NCBI GenBank assembly: GCA_000091205.1
Contig: AP006502.2
Source: Cyanidioschyzon merolae
Taxonomy: Eukaryota
Reading direction: 5' to 3' (one strand)
Length of the DNA stretch: 64,000 bases
Within the stretch, counting starts at the first letter, position 1. Every line of letters starts with the position of its first letter. A program made the translations under genes and the position numbers. Positions 11,514 to 23,563 of this stretch are shown here, one piece after another. Below the pieces are notes generated by a model. That model was not told the origin of the DNA and made no database searches. It saw nothing but the letters and a program-made list of their open reading frames with translations.

Positions 11514-13295
11514 ATGTTGGGCCTGTTCAGGAGCACATCGCTGGGTACGGGCCCTTCGCGGCCTCGCAGGAATCCGTGCACGCTATCTCCTCTCTGGCAG
11601 CGGCGTTGCAGCTCGGAAGCTGAGGCGCTACGCTACGACCTGCTCGTTGTAGGCGCCGGTCCAGCAGGCCTGTCGGCAGCAATCCGGGCGAAGCAGTGCC
11701 TCCCAGAGGCACGCGTGGCTATTCTCGAAAAAGGCTCCGAAGTCGGCGCGCATATCCTTTCTGGCAACTGCTTCGAGCCGCGAGCACTCGATGAGCTGCT
11801 GCCAAACTGGCGACAAGACCCAAAATTTCCAGCTCATGAGCCAGTCACTCACGACCAGTTTGCACTGTTCCTGAGCCACCGACGTCAGCTACCGCTCCCT
11901 GTGCCCCATTTGATGCGAAACGATGCGAATTACATCGTCAGCCTCTGCCAGGTCACTCGGTGGCTTGCCAAACAGGCGGAGGCACTCGCAGTGGACATTT
12001 ATCCCGGATTCGCTGGTGCCCGGTTGCTGGTCGACGAGAATCCAACCCGAGTTTACGGAGTCGCAACCAATGCTTTCGGAATAGGTCGCGATGGTCGCCC
12101 AAAACCCAATTATGCACCGCCGGTGTCGATCCACGCAACGTATACGCTGCTCGCGGAGGGTTGTCGAGGATCCCTGACACGTCAGGCGATCGAGCGCTTC
12201 CGCTTGGCCGATGCATCGGAACCGCAGTCTTATGGCCTCGGTGTGAAAGAGCTCTGGCGGGTCCCTGCTTCCGTTCATCAGCCGGGCTCTGTTCTCCACA
12301 CTGTGGGTTGGCCTCTGGACATGCGCACATACGGCGGCTCCTTCATGTATCATTTCCGTGATCGTATCTCAGGTAGCATGGAAAACCTGGTCGCCGTGGG
12401 CCTTGTGGTCGGCCTCGATTACGAGAACCCGCTTCTATCACCGTACGGGTTGTTGCAGAAGTGGAAAACGCACGATCAGATACGCAGGGTGCTTGCGCAG
12501 GGCGAGCTTCTCGAATACGGTGCACGATGCCTGAACGAGGGAGGTTACCAGAGCATCCCGCAAGTTGCATTCCCTGGTGGGGCGCTGATCGGGTGCAGCG
12601 CAGGCTTTTTGAATGTACCAAAACTGAAAGGAACGCATACCGCCATGAAGAGCGGCATGCTTGCTGCCGAGTGCTGTTGCGAGGAGCTCAGAAAACCGGA
12701 ACCTAGTCCAGAGCCCTCACAGTACGCTGAGACGTTACGCCGCAGCTGGATCATCGAAGAGCTGTACGCGGTACGCAACATACGCCCAGGGTTTCGCTGG
12801 GGCCTCCTACCTGGCCTGCTCCACGCTGCAGTGGACACCTATCTGTGGCGAGGTCGTGCGCCCTACACCTGGAAACTCGGCAGGGCTGATCACACCGCAA
12901 CCAGACTGGCTGATCGGTACCGTCGACCGAGCTACCCAGCACCAGACCAGCGGCTGGTGTTTGATATTCTCACAAATCTGGCTCGCAGTGGTACGAATCA
13001 TGAACATGATCAGCCTTGCCATTTGAAGTTGAAAGATCCTACCATCCCAGAGCGGGTGAATTTGCCCCTCTACGGTGGACCAGAACAATTCTACTGCCCA
13101 GCCAAGGTCTACGAGTACACCCCAGCGCCACCGGACCCAGCTTCAAAGACGACGACGACGACGACGACAATCCGGTTGCAAATCAATGCGCAGAACTGCC
13201 TCCATTGCAAGGCCTGCGACATCAAGGACCCGACCCAGAATATCGTGTGGACGCCCCCCGAGGGCGGTGGTGGCCCCAGGTACTCGCGCATGTGA
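11514..13295 (+). CDS. ETFDH: Electron-transfer flavoprotein:ubiquinone oxidoreductase (ETF-QO), mitochondrial
   Basis: The ORF is near-collinear with human ETFDH over its full length. It has the FAD-binding motif VVGAGPAGLSAA, the blocks GSFMYHF, LVAVGLVVGLDYENP and ALNEGGYQSIPQVAFPGG, the C-terminal 4Fe-4S motif LQINAQNCLHCKACDIKDP and the tail PEGGGGPRYSRM. The N-terminus looks like a mitochondrial presequence. An in-frame (ACG)7 run adds a Thr7 tract. Confidence 0.95.
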   Translation: MLGLFRSTSLGTGPSRPRRNPCTLSPLWQRRCSSEAEALRYDLLVVGAGPAGLSAAIRAKQCLPEARVAILEKGSEVGAHILSGNCFEPRALDELLPNWRQDPKFPAHEPVTHDQFALFLSHRRQLPLPVPHLMRNDANYIVSLCQVTRWLAKQAEALAVDIYPGFAGARLLVDENPTRVYGVATNAFGIGRDGRPKPNYAPPVSIHATYTLLAEGCRGSLTRQAIERFRLADASEPQSYGLGVKELWRVPASVHQPGSVLHTVGWPLDMRTYGGSFMYHFRDRISGSMENLVAVGLVVGLDYENPLLSPYGLLQKWKTHDQIRRVLAQGELLEYGARCLNEGGYQSIPQVAFPGGALIGCSAGFLNVPKLKGTHTAMKSGMLAAECCCEELRKPEPSPEPSQYAETLRRSWIIEELYAVRNIRPGFRWGLLPGLLHAAVDTYLWRGRAPYTWKLGRADHTATRLADRYRRPSYPAPDQRLVFDILTNLARSGTNHEHDQPCHLKLKDPTIPERVNLPLYGGPEQFYCPAKVYEYTPAPPDPASKTTTTTTTIRLQINAQNCLHCKACDIKDPTQNIVWTPPEGGGGPRYSRM

Positions 13296-14112
13296 CCCTA
13301 AAGACGCAGCGAGTTGGACTTGACGAGCGCATGCCGCTGATAGACGACGCATTGTGTGCATCTATCTTTGTGTGCATTTATATGCGTTTATGTGCATTCG
13401 CAGTCTCCTGGTGAGAACGCAGCACACGCCCACGGAACGACGTTGAGTAGCGATGCTGCCGCAGATCACCCCTAGGGAGAACCTGCTCCGAATGAACTGG
13501 GTTGCGCCTGGAATCACGTCTCGATTCAAGTGGCGTTTCACGACTCTCGCTTCTTTGACGGCGACTGAGCACCCTGTGAAATGTACAGCGTGTGTGTTCA
13601 GCTGGACATGGAGTCATATTTCGTAGCCCGTCTCGAGGTCACCAGTTCTATCAGAACGACATGGATGTGCATTGGCAGGTCTCGTTCCACGTTGCGAATC
13701 CCTTTGCCCTGCAATTCTTGGATCGGGTCTATATGGTGTGCACGCGATACCGCGGCACCGAATCGAAACACTGAGCATGGACTCTGGCGGAGATCCAAAG
13801 CGCTCCAGAGAGGTCGATTCTCTGGAAGCAGCCATCCCAGGGATTCTCGCAGGCTCAAGCGCGATCGAGTCCCTCGCTGTCGGTATCAGCCAAGTTTTCC
13901 GGTTACTGGAAAGCGCATTTCGCATCCCGGGGGTACCAGAATCCGAAATCACGCCCATATCGATACGTCGAGGCCACAACGTCCGCTTCAATAGACGCTA
14001 TGGTGTACCGAGAACGCAAACGTGCCAAAATCGGGTGCATCCTACGGGGTCTTGGACCGCTCGCTTTATGAGCGAGCAAGGAAGGAAGGAAGCTGTTTTG
14101 CATCCATGGTGC

Positions 14113-16065
14113 TTACAGCGCACGGCTGAGCGCGTAGCGTTCCCGAAACGACCCCGGTGTGTGCATCAGGTCTCCGGCTACGTAAAACGTAGTACCCTTG
14201 GGTATGCTTTGGAAATCCCGCCTACTGCCGATACGTGCTGTGGTGTCACCCTGAAACGCCGCGGTCATGCGCGTCTCCTCGGCAGTGATGCCGCCTATGA
14301 CGTAGACGATCACCACCGAAAATGGAGAGCCGTCCGCAGACGCACTTGGCAGCAGCTCCTCGAAAGTGTCCGTGGGCAAGCGCCCACGTGCAGCGTCCTC
14401 CATGACTTGTGCGAGAAGTGGTTCATGCTGGATATACTGGTTATCCACGCTGGCGCTAAATCCACGTCTCAGCGTATTTTTGGCGCGCGCGAATAGGTCA
14501 CGGTTACCGAACAAGTCCAGAGAACGGTGTTTGGAGCCACAGGTCTGCAAGAGCATGTCCAACGCGGCTAGCTCCGAACTAGGCATCTGCAACTGCTCGT
14601 GCAGTAGTCGTTTGACCTGCTGCAACAGTTCCGGTCGCGTACTCTCGTACCGGAGCGCAAGCAGAGCAGCCAGTCTCCAGGCGTCTGCGAGTCGCGCCGA
14701 GCGCATCCCCAAAGTGGATGCCTTCCCGTCTGCGACGAGCCGCACCCAGTCCCGAAAGCGTCGCAGATGCTCCTGTTCAGCATCCCGAGAAACCACATCC
14801 TGCTCAATTTGCGACATCTGCAAAAGCGCTCGCTCCTTCACTTGCTGGCTCAGCGCGCTAATCAGTGCGACGTGTTTGCTTGCCAACTGCGATTGCCGAC
14901 GAAACTCAGGGAAGAATTCGAGGATCTGCGTCATGCGCTCCGTATCGGTTGCGTCGTAGTCCCCATTCGTGGCAATGTCGATGCCCGGTGCTACAGCAGT
15001 GGGATCCGCGAGCGCTGCATCCTGTCGGGCAGCGTCGGTGACATGCGCAAGAGCGGCATGGCGACGTTCTTGAAAGGAGGCCACAAGCCGATGAACGGCC
15101 TCCCCGATGTCCCCGAACGTCGCATACCGATTCGCTGCGTAGAAGTCATCGCTCTCGGGAAGTACGATGTACTCTTGTTCCTGCGGTGCTGCTGCGTGTG
15201 GCGGATCTTTTCCCTCTAAAGTGGTAGGTATTCGAACCCGACCCGCTCGGATGCCGAAGAATTGATGCAGCATGGCTTCGTACGTCCACTGCGTCAGCAG
15301 AGGAGTGACCGGATCCTCTCTCCGATCCAAGATCACGACTAGGCAGCGTTTAGAGCCTGCTCCATGAGCGCTCAACGGTGAAGTCCCTGGTGAGGGGTCA
15401 GTCGCTGGTACTTCCCAAAGTCGCGACTCCTGGTCAATACGCACTGCGAGCCGTTCTGCAAGCGCACGGCAGCTTCGGAAGGAGCGCAGGACCCGAAGAG
15501 AAGCCGGTTTCTGTTTCAAAGAGACCAGGATGCTGAATAAGGTATCCAGTTGGCGATCCAAGGTGAGCTGGTGCGGGGCAAGGCCGGCAACAGGAAGCCG
15601 CGGCTCGTTCTGAACAGGCGCGTCGCAGAGGCCGCCTCCGGTGGCAACCCACGGGCTCCAGGGAAGAAAGTCAAAGTAGATTTCCTCGACATGGACCACG
15701 CTTTCCAGAGATGCGTCCGCGTCTGCGAGATCCTCCAGCAAAGTGCGGCGAATGAGGTTCACGAGGAAGATGTGGTACGCACCAAAGTGCGGTTGCGCCA
15801 GTTCCCGCCGCAGCGCCAGCAACGTTTCCGTGGAAGGACGACCAACCACGATGCCTGTGACGTATACTTGTCGGTCGCGAGCTGGCTCCTGAACAAGGTT
15901 CTCTAGCTTCTCCACGAGCACAAAGTCTTCTCTGAGCGCCTCTGTTTGCGTCAAAAGCGTCGCGAAGGTTGGCAACGTGTCGGCGTCCAGAACGAGCGCT
16001 TTCAGGCCTTTGGGCGCCGTGATTCGAGACCTGTAGAAGCGACTTGCACTTTCGAAGTTCATCAA
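14113..16065 (-). CDS. Sec1/Munc18 (SM) family vesicle-fusion regulator, VPS45/VPS33-like
   Basis: The 650-aa ORF shows the SM-family block LVVILDRREDPVTPLLTQWTYEAMLHQFFGI (compare VPS45 ..LDR..[21 protein letters not shown]). The N-terminus reads KGLKALVLDADTL and the C-terminus VVIVYVIGGITAEE. The exact paralogue cannot be decided by eye. Confidence 0.72.
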   Translation of the reverse strand: MMNFESASRFYRSRITAPKGLKALVLDADTLPTFATLLTQTEALREDFVLVEKLENLVQEPARDRQVYVTGIVVGRPSTETLLALRRELAQPHFGAYHIFLVNLIRRTLLEDLADADASLESVVHVEEIYFDFLPWSPWVATGGGLCDAPVQNEPRLPVAGLAPHQLTLDRQLDTLFSILVSLKQKPASLRVLRSFRSCRALAERLAVRIDQESRLWEVPATDPSPGTSPLSAHGAGSKRCLVVILDRREDPVTPLLTQWTYEAMLHQFFGIRAGRVRIPTTLEGKDPPHAAAPQEQEYIVLPESDDFYAANRYATFGDIGEAVHRLVASFQERRHAALAHVTDAARQDAALADPTAVAPGIDIATNGDYDATDTERMTQILEFFPEFRRQSQLASKHVALISALSQQVKERALLQMSQIEQDVVSRDAEQEHLRRFRDWVRLVADGKASTLGMRSARLADAWRLAALLALRYESTRPELLQQVKRLLHEQLQMPSSELAALDMLLQTCGSKHRSLDLFGNRDLFARAKNTLRRGFSASVDNQYIQHEPLLAQVMEDAARGRLPTDTFEELLPSASADGSPFSVVIVYVIGGITAEETRMTAAFQGDTTARIGSRRDFQSIPKGTTFYVAGDLMHTPGSFRERYALSRAL

Positions 16066-16879
16066 GAAACGTCCAGCTCAGGATACCAGACTCAGCGCTG
16101 GAACGAGCGTGCCATGCGTTGGTAACGACAGCATCTGCAGCGGTTACGCTGACGCGCCCACCACGGCTGGTCATTCACTAGTTCGTTCGCTTCGACGCAA
16201 AGCGCTGATACGGTGATGACCGCAAATGACATGGGACACGTCCATATGGCTATATCGAGCGTATCCGCTAACGTTCGGGTCAGTTTCCTCGTATGATGAG
16301 CACCAGACGTTGAGAGGTTTCTCTCTGGCTGCTCCATTGTCTTTTGCCTCCTGTATCCGGCTTTCAATCCGACTGTCTCTCCTGCGCCTCCATTTTCGGT
16401 GTCATCCGTCAAAGGTTGTCGATGGTGGTGTTCAAGTCCTGATTCCGCAGCTTTAGGCTCCTGTCAAGGCATTTGATGCACAGGCGCAAGTTGCGATCGT
16501 TGCTTCACTTCCCGTGCTCATCTTGTTTATACGCAGCGTCGGTGCGCTTTTCGCACCGCTTTCATGATTATTCTCAGGCGCCCTGCATGTATCCAGAACT
16601 TTAACTCATCAGGGATGCTGCGCTGTGGAGCGTGAACACAAGCCGCTTCGCTCAGTGCATGCCCTTGACGGGAGCGGATGATACCGTGGAATTCCTTTGC
16701 TCGGTTTCAGCGCCTGGAGCCTTCGACTTCCAAAACGCACCTGTTCTGAACGCTTTCCTGAACGAGTACTGAATCCGCTGGACAAGCAAGTCCAAGATGT
16801 TCCATTCGATCGTGGATTTCCGGAGCGCAATGCTTCCCAGGATGACTCAGGAGCCAGAGAGACCGTTGAGGCTGCAATA

Positions 16880-17420
16880 CATGTCGAGAAACGCCGACCC
16901 GTCTAGGCTCCCTTCATGCACAGCGGTGACGCATGCCGCAGTCGAAGCTATCGCTGTGATAACGCAAGCCCGATTCCAAGACCCTTTCTCCCGTGCAATC
17001 AGAAGAGACGGGTCCCTTTGGTACCATATCGAATGAGAGGTACCATGCCGATTTGGAATTCGGTTTCACCAGTTGCCATACGGGAGACGTGGATTCATCT
17101 GTGGAACGGGGCATCGATTATTTGACGTGACAAGCACAGTGAACACCCGGCATGCGCTTGTGAACAAGTCATCACGGGCGGCGTGGCGTATGTTTCCTCG
17201 TGCATCCACTGGAGAGCATTGCTGCGCCCATGAGCTTCCTTGAAACAGAGAGATCCAAATCTTGAAGCAAGCGAGATTTCAGTACGCGACACATAACGAA
17301 TGGAGAAGCGTGGAGATTTGTCCATATGCGTTGGATTCTGATAACGCATATTTTACGAAAGCTTGTTCGTAGGCGAGATGGATCATCCAGATTGCTGTAT
17401 TCTAACGAATTCCGGGGTAA
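16880..17420 (+). repeat. Dispersed repeat family 1, copy B
   Basis: The same sequence blocks as copy A appear in the same order: ..gaagctatcgctgtgataacg.., caatcagaagagacggg, gattatttgacgtgacaagcacagt, cttccttgaaacagagag, tctaacgaattcc. Confidence 0.55.
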
Positions 17421-18354
17421 GGGAATCCAGGGATGCACTCCAGGAAAACAACATATGAATCCGTTAGCTTTTGTTGCTGGATTCCGAATGTTGACGTTGT
17501 ACATGTGAACAAATGTCGAACAGTCGCAAGTCAAGAGCAGAGCGAGCACTGAAGCGTCCCGTTTTTATCGGACACGACCACAACGTCTGCGTGATACTCG
17601 ATCACCACTAGATCACTGGATCTGTTGCATTCTTATTCAAGGGGAAAATTTCGGAACGGGGGCCTTCGAATATGGAAGCGTTCACATAGCGGGCCTCGTT
17701 GGTAATACACTGACGAGTGACAACATTGGGCCACCCAGCGGAACCCGGTTGTACGCATCCAATCGACACTGCAGGAAGGCTACAGCCGTTGTGTGTACAT
17801 GTCGACACTCAACGGAGACGACAACCGTTACTGATAACGCATCCAAGCCCAGCTTGTGTGCATGAGATAAAGCCAAAATGCTGCGTATTTTGTAATCAGC
17901 GGAGAAGGTGCGGCAGCGCGCTTATCCTTGGGAAAGTTTCCCAAAGAGATCGTGCACAGCAACGAACTGCTATGCTTTGAAGCTGGTTTTTCCGCGTACG
18001 AACACTGCGGTAGGTCACTGAAGCGACGTCCACAGCCAATATGAGAAGACGAACCAGAGCCGCGAACCCTAGGATACTCTTCGCAGCTGCGCTGGCTGCG
18101 AGCGCTCGTCGAAAGTGCTTGCTGCCCAGAACGCAGTGCCGCTCTTGCACCCATACGGCTCTGAGACTGTGACGCACCTGGCGTCTATGGAGAGTAGCAC
18201 ACGTTAGCGGTTGACGAATGTAGTGCGGACAGCAGTCTACCTTGGTTTGCGGCTGTCTGAGCCCAGGTCGCTGAAGCGGATGCGCACGCCTCGTACGCGC
18301 TACAGGACCCCAACTGCCAGACGTTTCTCCGTGCGGAAAAACATAAGCTTGTGT

Positions 18355-18376
18355 GCAGCAGCAGCAGCAGCAGCAG
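18355..18376. repeat. (CAG)n microsatellite, about 7 units
   Basis: A direct read shows gcagcagcagcagcagcagcag. Confidence 0.9.
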
Positions 18377-18705
18377 CTAGGTATTGCATTCGTCGGTTTA
18401 AGTAGCCTGTACACGTCTATGCAGTGCGCTGAACCGAGGCCGCGATGAGAACGACTGCTTCTACAAGCGCACCGCTTGATTCCGAGAGCGCTGTGCTCTC
18501 TGAAGCATCCTTTTTGTGTTGGAAAACAAGCCACCAAGTCACACCATGGGCCAGCGTTCCTCGAATCGTTTCTGATTCCGCACATATCTCCGAGACCAGG
18601 ATTGAGCGGAAGCCACGGTTTCGATGTCCAGTCCCGGTCCTTGCGGAATGTTGTTGCACCCTGCGCGTATCGTCGAGTGGCACATTCGTATACGCACGAG
18701 CCACA

Positions 18706-20043
18706 TCACTGCGTATTCCATTGCTGGACTTGCGCTGGCTGAGACGCTCTCCAGATACCCGTTCCGATCTTGTATGTGAGATACAGTAAAGCGAAGATTC
18801 CGAAAAGTATCCAGGATCCCAGCAGCGTACCCAAAAAGTAGTGTTGCCGCAAAAAACGCCGCCATCCCACAAGTACCCACTCAAAGTGCATCGTCGCGGA
18901 GCCGTCCTCCATTTCCATGAACGGAAACTGTGCTCGATCATACGCGGAGGCGCTTTCCATCGCCGCAAACTGGTAGAGCTCCAGCCGCACGAGCATTTGC
19001 ACTGGCGGATGCGAGCGAACAAAGCGATCGTTGATCCACTCACCGATACCCAGCGGTATCAGAGAAATGAGGCCGCCTAGCAGCTGGTCACGGAATAGTC
19101 GACGGATCACATTATCGCTGAGGACGCCTATCCAGTGAGCTACCGTTCGCAACATCACCACGGCAAAATGAAAAGCCGCCCTTCGGGAAGCATTCCACGT
19201 TCGAAACACAGGCGTGCTCCGTGCCTCTTGGACGATTTGCAAAGTAGCACAACGGAGCAGCTCAATGCTACGCAGCTGAGCGTCTCGGCTCGCGAGACCG
19301 ACCGGCTTTTGGGTCCAGCGCCAAACGCTCAGAGCGCTCAGAAAGGAATGCGGCAACGTGAGAAGGCTTTGCATGGCCCGCTCAGTGCTCGAACGATAGG
19401 CCAAAACGCGGACGCTGCGCCGCTGCTCACAGAGCGGTAACGCAGGTACCCTAGCCCGCCGGTATACTCGCGGATGCGGTTCCTGCCACATCGTCAGAAC
19501 CACCGTCACAGTCCCAGCCTGCTGATTTCGGACCGACTCTGGCAGTACCCAGTGCAGGACAGCGTTAAGTGTACCGCTCGCTTCACAGCGACCTTGCCCG
19601 TCACTCGACGGCATGCAGCGGTCTGGGTTACGAGAGCGACCGCTTTCCAGCGGTACGAGTGTTCGCCGCCTAGTCCATAGCCTGCGAACGAGCAGAGAAG
19701 GCAGCGCCGCTTCCGCTTCGGCAATAACAATCCCCAGCGTGTCGTTTTCGGGCATTCTCGGGGTGAAAACGAAGGCAAGAGGTGCAGAGAAGCGCGTCCG
19801 AAATGGAACGCCCCAGTATAGAACGTTCAACTGCACGAGCACTGCACAGAAGAAGAGTACGACAAGCACGAGTCCAGTTTGCCATAGCTGTTGGAAAAAA
19901 TTGAGCTGCTGTACTCGCTTCGCTGGTTCAGCGTTCCTACTTCCTGGTGCTGCGCGGGTGTGCTGCTGCCGCCAGGGCAACCGTCGCAGCGCCGGCGTGG
20001 TGCCGCCAACATCCATTCCACCAGCAAAACAGGTTGAGAGCAA
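18706..20043 (-). CDS. Hypothetical multi-pass membrane protein of 445 aa
   Basis: The ORF is long and has hydrophobic segments consistent with transmembrane helices (LVLVVLFFCAVLVQLNVLYWGV, FLGTLLGSWILFGIFALLYLTY). No family was recognised. Confidence 0.4.
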   Translation of the reverse strand: MLSTCFAGGMDVGGTTPALRRLPWRQQHTRAAPGSRNAEPAKRVQQLNFFQQLWQTGLVLVVLFFCAVLVQLNVLYWGVPFRTRFSAPLAFVFTPRMPENDTLGIVIAEAEAALPSLLVRRLWTRRRTLVPLESGRSRNPDRCMPSSDGQGRCEASGTLNAVLHWVLPESVRNQQAGTVTVVLTMWQEPHPRVYRRARVPALPLCEQRRSVRVLAYRSSTERAMQSLLTLPHSFLSALSVWRWTQKPVGLASRDAQLRSIELLRCATLQIVQEARSTPVFRTWNASRRAAFHFAVVMLRTVAHWIGVLSDNVIRRLFRDQLLGGLISLIPLGIGEWINDRFVRSHPPVQMLVRLELYQFAAMESASAYDRAQFPFMEMEDGSATMHFEWVLVGWRRFLRQHYFLGTLLGSWILFGIFALLYLTYKIGTGIWRASQPAQVQQWNTQ

Positions 20044-20932
20044 GAGCTACCTTGAGAATATATTTTCACACTTTCATGACTTGTCACCGACGACAAAGAA
20101 GTGTGCACACTCGAGCGCAGCTTCGCCAACAGAAACCCCTACTTGGGCGCTTTCGAAAGGCGGCATGGTAATCGGGACGCACTTGTGTGTCCGATGGCGC
20201 GCGCCTCGGCACACACAGACGACGACTGCGTCTTCGACTGAGGCAAGTTGCTGCCTGCCCCAGATGGGCCCTGCCAAGCCCCCGGGATATCTGGGTGGAA
20301 GGCATTGATCGTCGGCGACGTGCTTAGGAATCGGGTGGGATTTCATCTGCTCATTCGAAAGATCCGAAGTTACGCTGCTTGTGTGGATGTATGGGAACTC
20401 GTTCAGATTCTTCGAGTTTACAGTGGAGAAACAAGGACGTCAAGAGGTTCTTTACCTCTCAAACGCAAAGCCTGGTCATACCGAACCCTAAAGCGGCCGT
20501 CGGACGCACTTCTGATACCTGGAACAAGGCACGTGGCGTACGCAGCAGCCTCTGTGCACCAACAGCACGTACTCAGGCAGTCTGCACTGGTGTCCAGCGG
20601 GGCGCTTACGCCGGGCACTCGGCACCCGGGGAATCGGGTGATCTGCCGGGTATTGCCGACGAAACGTATGCGCAGTGGTCGTTTACGGAGTTCTCAGATC
20701 CGATGTGGAATCCATGACGATTCCTGAGATGCCGAAGAGTGTTGCGAGCAGTGAATCATCCGCTGTTCAATGTCAATCTCGTGTCGATCAGGAATACTAT
20801 CGACGCTGCGCTGAGGAAGCGCTGCTCCCGATATCGGGCAAACGGCACGCGGAAAGCGCCCCAGCAGCGCCGTGACGCCGCCGATCCACTGCAGCGTCTC
20901 CGGCAGCGCGCAGGCGGCGAGAATCAGGCTGC

Positions 20933-21832
20933 TTGCCTACAGAACTTACGGAGGCATTGAGCTCAAAAATGTCCAGAATGTCGAGGGAGCCGCTGTGTTT
21001 CGTGGTAACGGGTGCTCAGCCTCGGCAGCGTGCAGCTCCAAGTGTACGATGTCCGACACCGAGACCTCTCGCTGGCACGGACCGGTGTCCAGTCGTCGTC
21101 GGGGTATGCCGCCGGCGTTCCGGCGTGCGCAAAGCACCGCTGGTGCCGCTCTCGGAACGCCTCGTGCTTAGCACTGTTGAGGACGGGGTCGTTTATCAGC
21201 AACTCCGTGAGAAACTGCACGGTGCCAGCGTGTACCTCGTGGGCATGATGGGCTCTGGCAAGTCCACTCTGGGAGCTTACCTCGCTAAAGCACTTGAGTA
21301 CGCTTTTATTGACACGGATGTCATTATTGAGAGGACGCTGCAGAAAAGCATACCGGAGATCTTTGCTCAGGATGGTGAAGAAACTTTTCGGGACGTTGAG
21401 AGCCTCGTACTCGAGTCGCTGCAAAGCCACGTCCGAACAGTGGTTGCGACTGGCGGTGGCGTTGTACTACGGCAGCGCAACTGGGGAACCTTGCATACGG
21501 GACTCGTTGTGTACCTCAACGGAACGCCCGATATGCTCGCTAAACGGGTGCAGGGCGGTGCGGGTCGCCCGCTGCTCTCCAATACAATGCACGCACCAGC
21601 GGACTCGACTATTCCTGAACCTGCGGCAATTGAAGCACTCAGCGCGCGTCTCGCGGAGATTCTTTCGGAGCGCGAGCATTTCTACAGACAAGCCGATGTG
21701 ACTGTGGAGCTTTTCCCCGACTGTTCCGTGGCAGAAACGTCCCGCGCTGTCGCAGCAAAGCTCATTCGATTCATCGAAGAGAACCCGTCCGCATCGTCGA
21801 AGCATCGCCGTCAGCACAGTTCAGCATCATGA
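20933..21832 (+). CDS. Shikimate kinase, stand-alone, with an N-terminal extension that may be a targeting peptide
   Basis: The kinase domain starts near SVYLVGMMGSGKSTLGAY (P-loop). It continues with FIDTD, the shikimate-binding and lid region VVATGGGVV and RQRNW. About 90 residues upstream are rich in R, S and P. The true start may be an internal Met. Confidence 0.82.
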   Translation: MPTELTEALSSKMSRMSREPLCFVVTGAQPRQRAAPSVRCPTPRPLAGTDRCPVVVGVCRRRSGVRKAPLVPLSERLVLSTVEDGVVYQQLREKLHGASVYLVGMMGSGKSTLGAYLAKALEYAFIDTDVIIERTLQKSIPEIFAQDGEETFRDVESLVLESLQSHVRTVVATGGGVVLRQRNWGTLHTGLVVYLNGTPDMLAKRVQGGAGRPLLSNTMHAPADSTIPEPAAIEALSARLAEILSEREHFYRQADVTVELFPDCSVAETSRAVAAKLIRFIEENPSASSKHRRQHSSAS

Positions 21833-23563
21833 TTTGTGTATGTATCTGGCTGGGAACAAAGAGCGTCCCATGCCAAAAAAGAACACGAGTGAATGGATTT
21901 GCGGTCGTTCGGACCAGTGCAGTGGTGCGGTCGGTGTTCCGGATCATCCTGGAGCAAGAGCGCTGCAGGAATCTGAATGGCATGAAGCGCTCTTGCTTGC
22001 GCTGTGCGGTACCCAATGAAACCCATGCCAATGCCCCCTCCAAGGCTTGCTCGTATCGCTCACCTTAGAATGTGCTTCCTGCGACCGTATGCGCGCCGTT
22101 GACAACACTCACACAGATAGGGTGTCGCTTCCGACCCAGCAAGCCTCGCATCTGCGGCTGCATAATTATAGGAGCGCGTGTCACATATTTCAAAGAGTCT
22201 AGCCTTCAATAGACGGCCGCGTTAGGGTGCGTTGCATCACCGGCAAGCGCTGCTGGACTAGATTCTACTAAACAATGATGTCTACTCTTGGACTTTTAAG
22301 CCCGCGGGAGAGTCGCTCTCATTCCAAGGATGCTCGCGTGCCGCTCTTCGGCGTAACGAAAGATATAAGGGTCATCTGGGCGATTTCCTGTAGGTGATCG
22401 CTGGTATCAAACTGCGCAGGACTGCTGTTCACTACTTTGATGATGACGCTGGCATCGCGGGTGTTCAGCGTCGAAGCGCCGAGCGCACTCCCGTACAATC
22501 CTGGGATACAACGCCTACTTAAGCGATTCGCTCGAAAGGCTTGCCGAGGACGTGCTCAAACAGCACGCCCATAAAGGCTATCGGCTCTGGTCGAGCGTTG
22601 CGCTGCAGCACTGCTGTTGTATGACGATGTAGACCATGAAACCGAGCTACAGCGCGGGGCCGTTTCCACCAGAGGAGCGCGTCCATTCGAGGGGCCTTCA
22701 TCGACATGCCTCGCGATTGGTCATCGTATACCATCAAGCGATTATCAGTAGCCCATGATATCCCTCTAGATCGAGCGTGGAACGAACGGTATGGATACGG
22801 AGCAGCTGACCAGCGTTCAAAGTCGGATGCGTTCGGGAAACTGGTGCTCAAGGAAGAGACGACCTGCTCGTATCTCATGAGTTCCCGGCAGCATCCAGTA
22901 CCGTAAAAGTGTACGACTCGGGATCGATTCACCACCGAGCCTGAGTTCATCGAAGAAAACACTCCGGCCGATGCAGTCTTCACTGCGTTCCGGCAGTTTT
23001 CGCCGCTGGGATGCCGTGCACTCGCCCGGTAAGCATAACGGTACCGCAAAACCTCGCTCGTTTCTCGACAATGAAAGCTATTTGCGTTCATGAGGAAGCA
23101 GGGCGTCCAGGATGAACACGGGAACCCAGTGCCCCCGACACGCTCCTGCGATGAACGTGTGCGCCCAGCCGGTGTATCTCTTTACGGAAACGACGTTTGT
23201 GTTTGTTTGGCGGACGAACTGGAGTCAAGTCCATGCTGCGTTGCTCAACGAGCGCTGCGACGTGCACACAGCTTCGATAAAGCACTTTAGCGAGTGGTTG
23301 TGTGCGCTGTGCTCGGCTGTCTCGAGGAGTTTTGTTGTCGAGACGCGAGGCAGTTTCCGAGGAACGTTCCCAGAACACCGTAAAACGAGATCGGCCGGGT
23401 TTGGGCTCAGGCAAGTGCAGGTGTTTGTGGAACTTGTCGATTCTCTGGTACGCTACACATCAAAAAAGGTGTCGTTTGCTAGATTTCGAGACACACCGGT
23501 GCAGGTGCCTGTGGAACGTCACCGGTTTCCCGGTGTAGAGCGTGCTGGCAACACGAGACGTGC

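Noticed and set aside
14113-16065. Assigning the SM protein specifically to VPS45, VPS33, Sly1 or Sec1
   Set aside because: The conserved blocks are shared across SM paralogues. By-eye similarity slightly favours VPS45 or VPS33 but the length (650 aa) fits Sly1 too. A family-level call is all that can be supported without profile searches.
17896-18585. 229-aa ORF (-) with a CCCCCCC tract
   Set aside because: The poly-Cys comes from the (CAG)n/(CTG)n microsatellite read in another frame. The rest is R/S-rich low complexity in an intergenic region with a neighbouring repeat copy.
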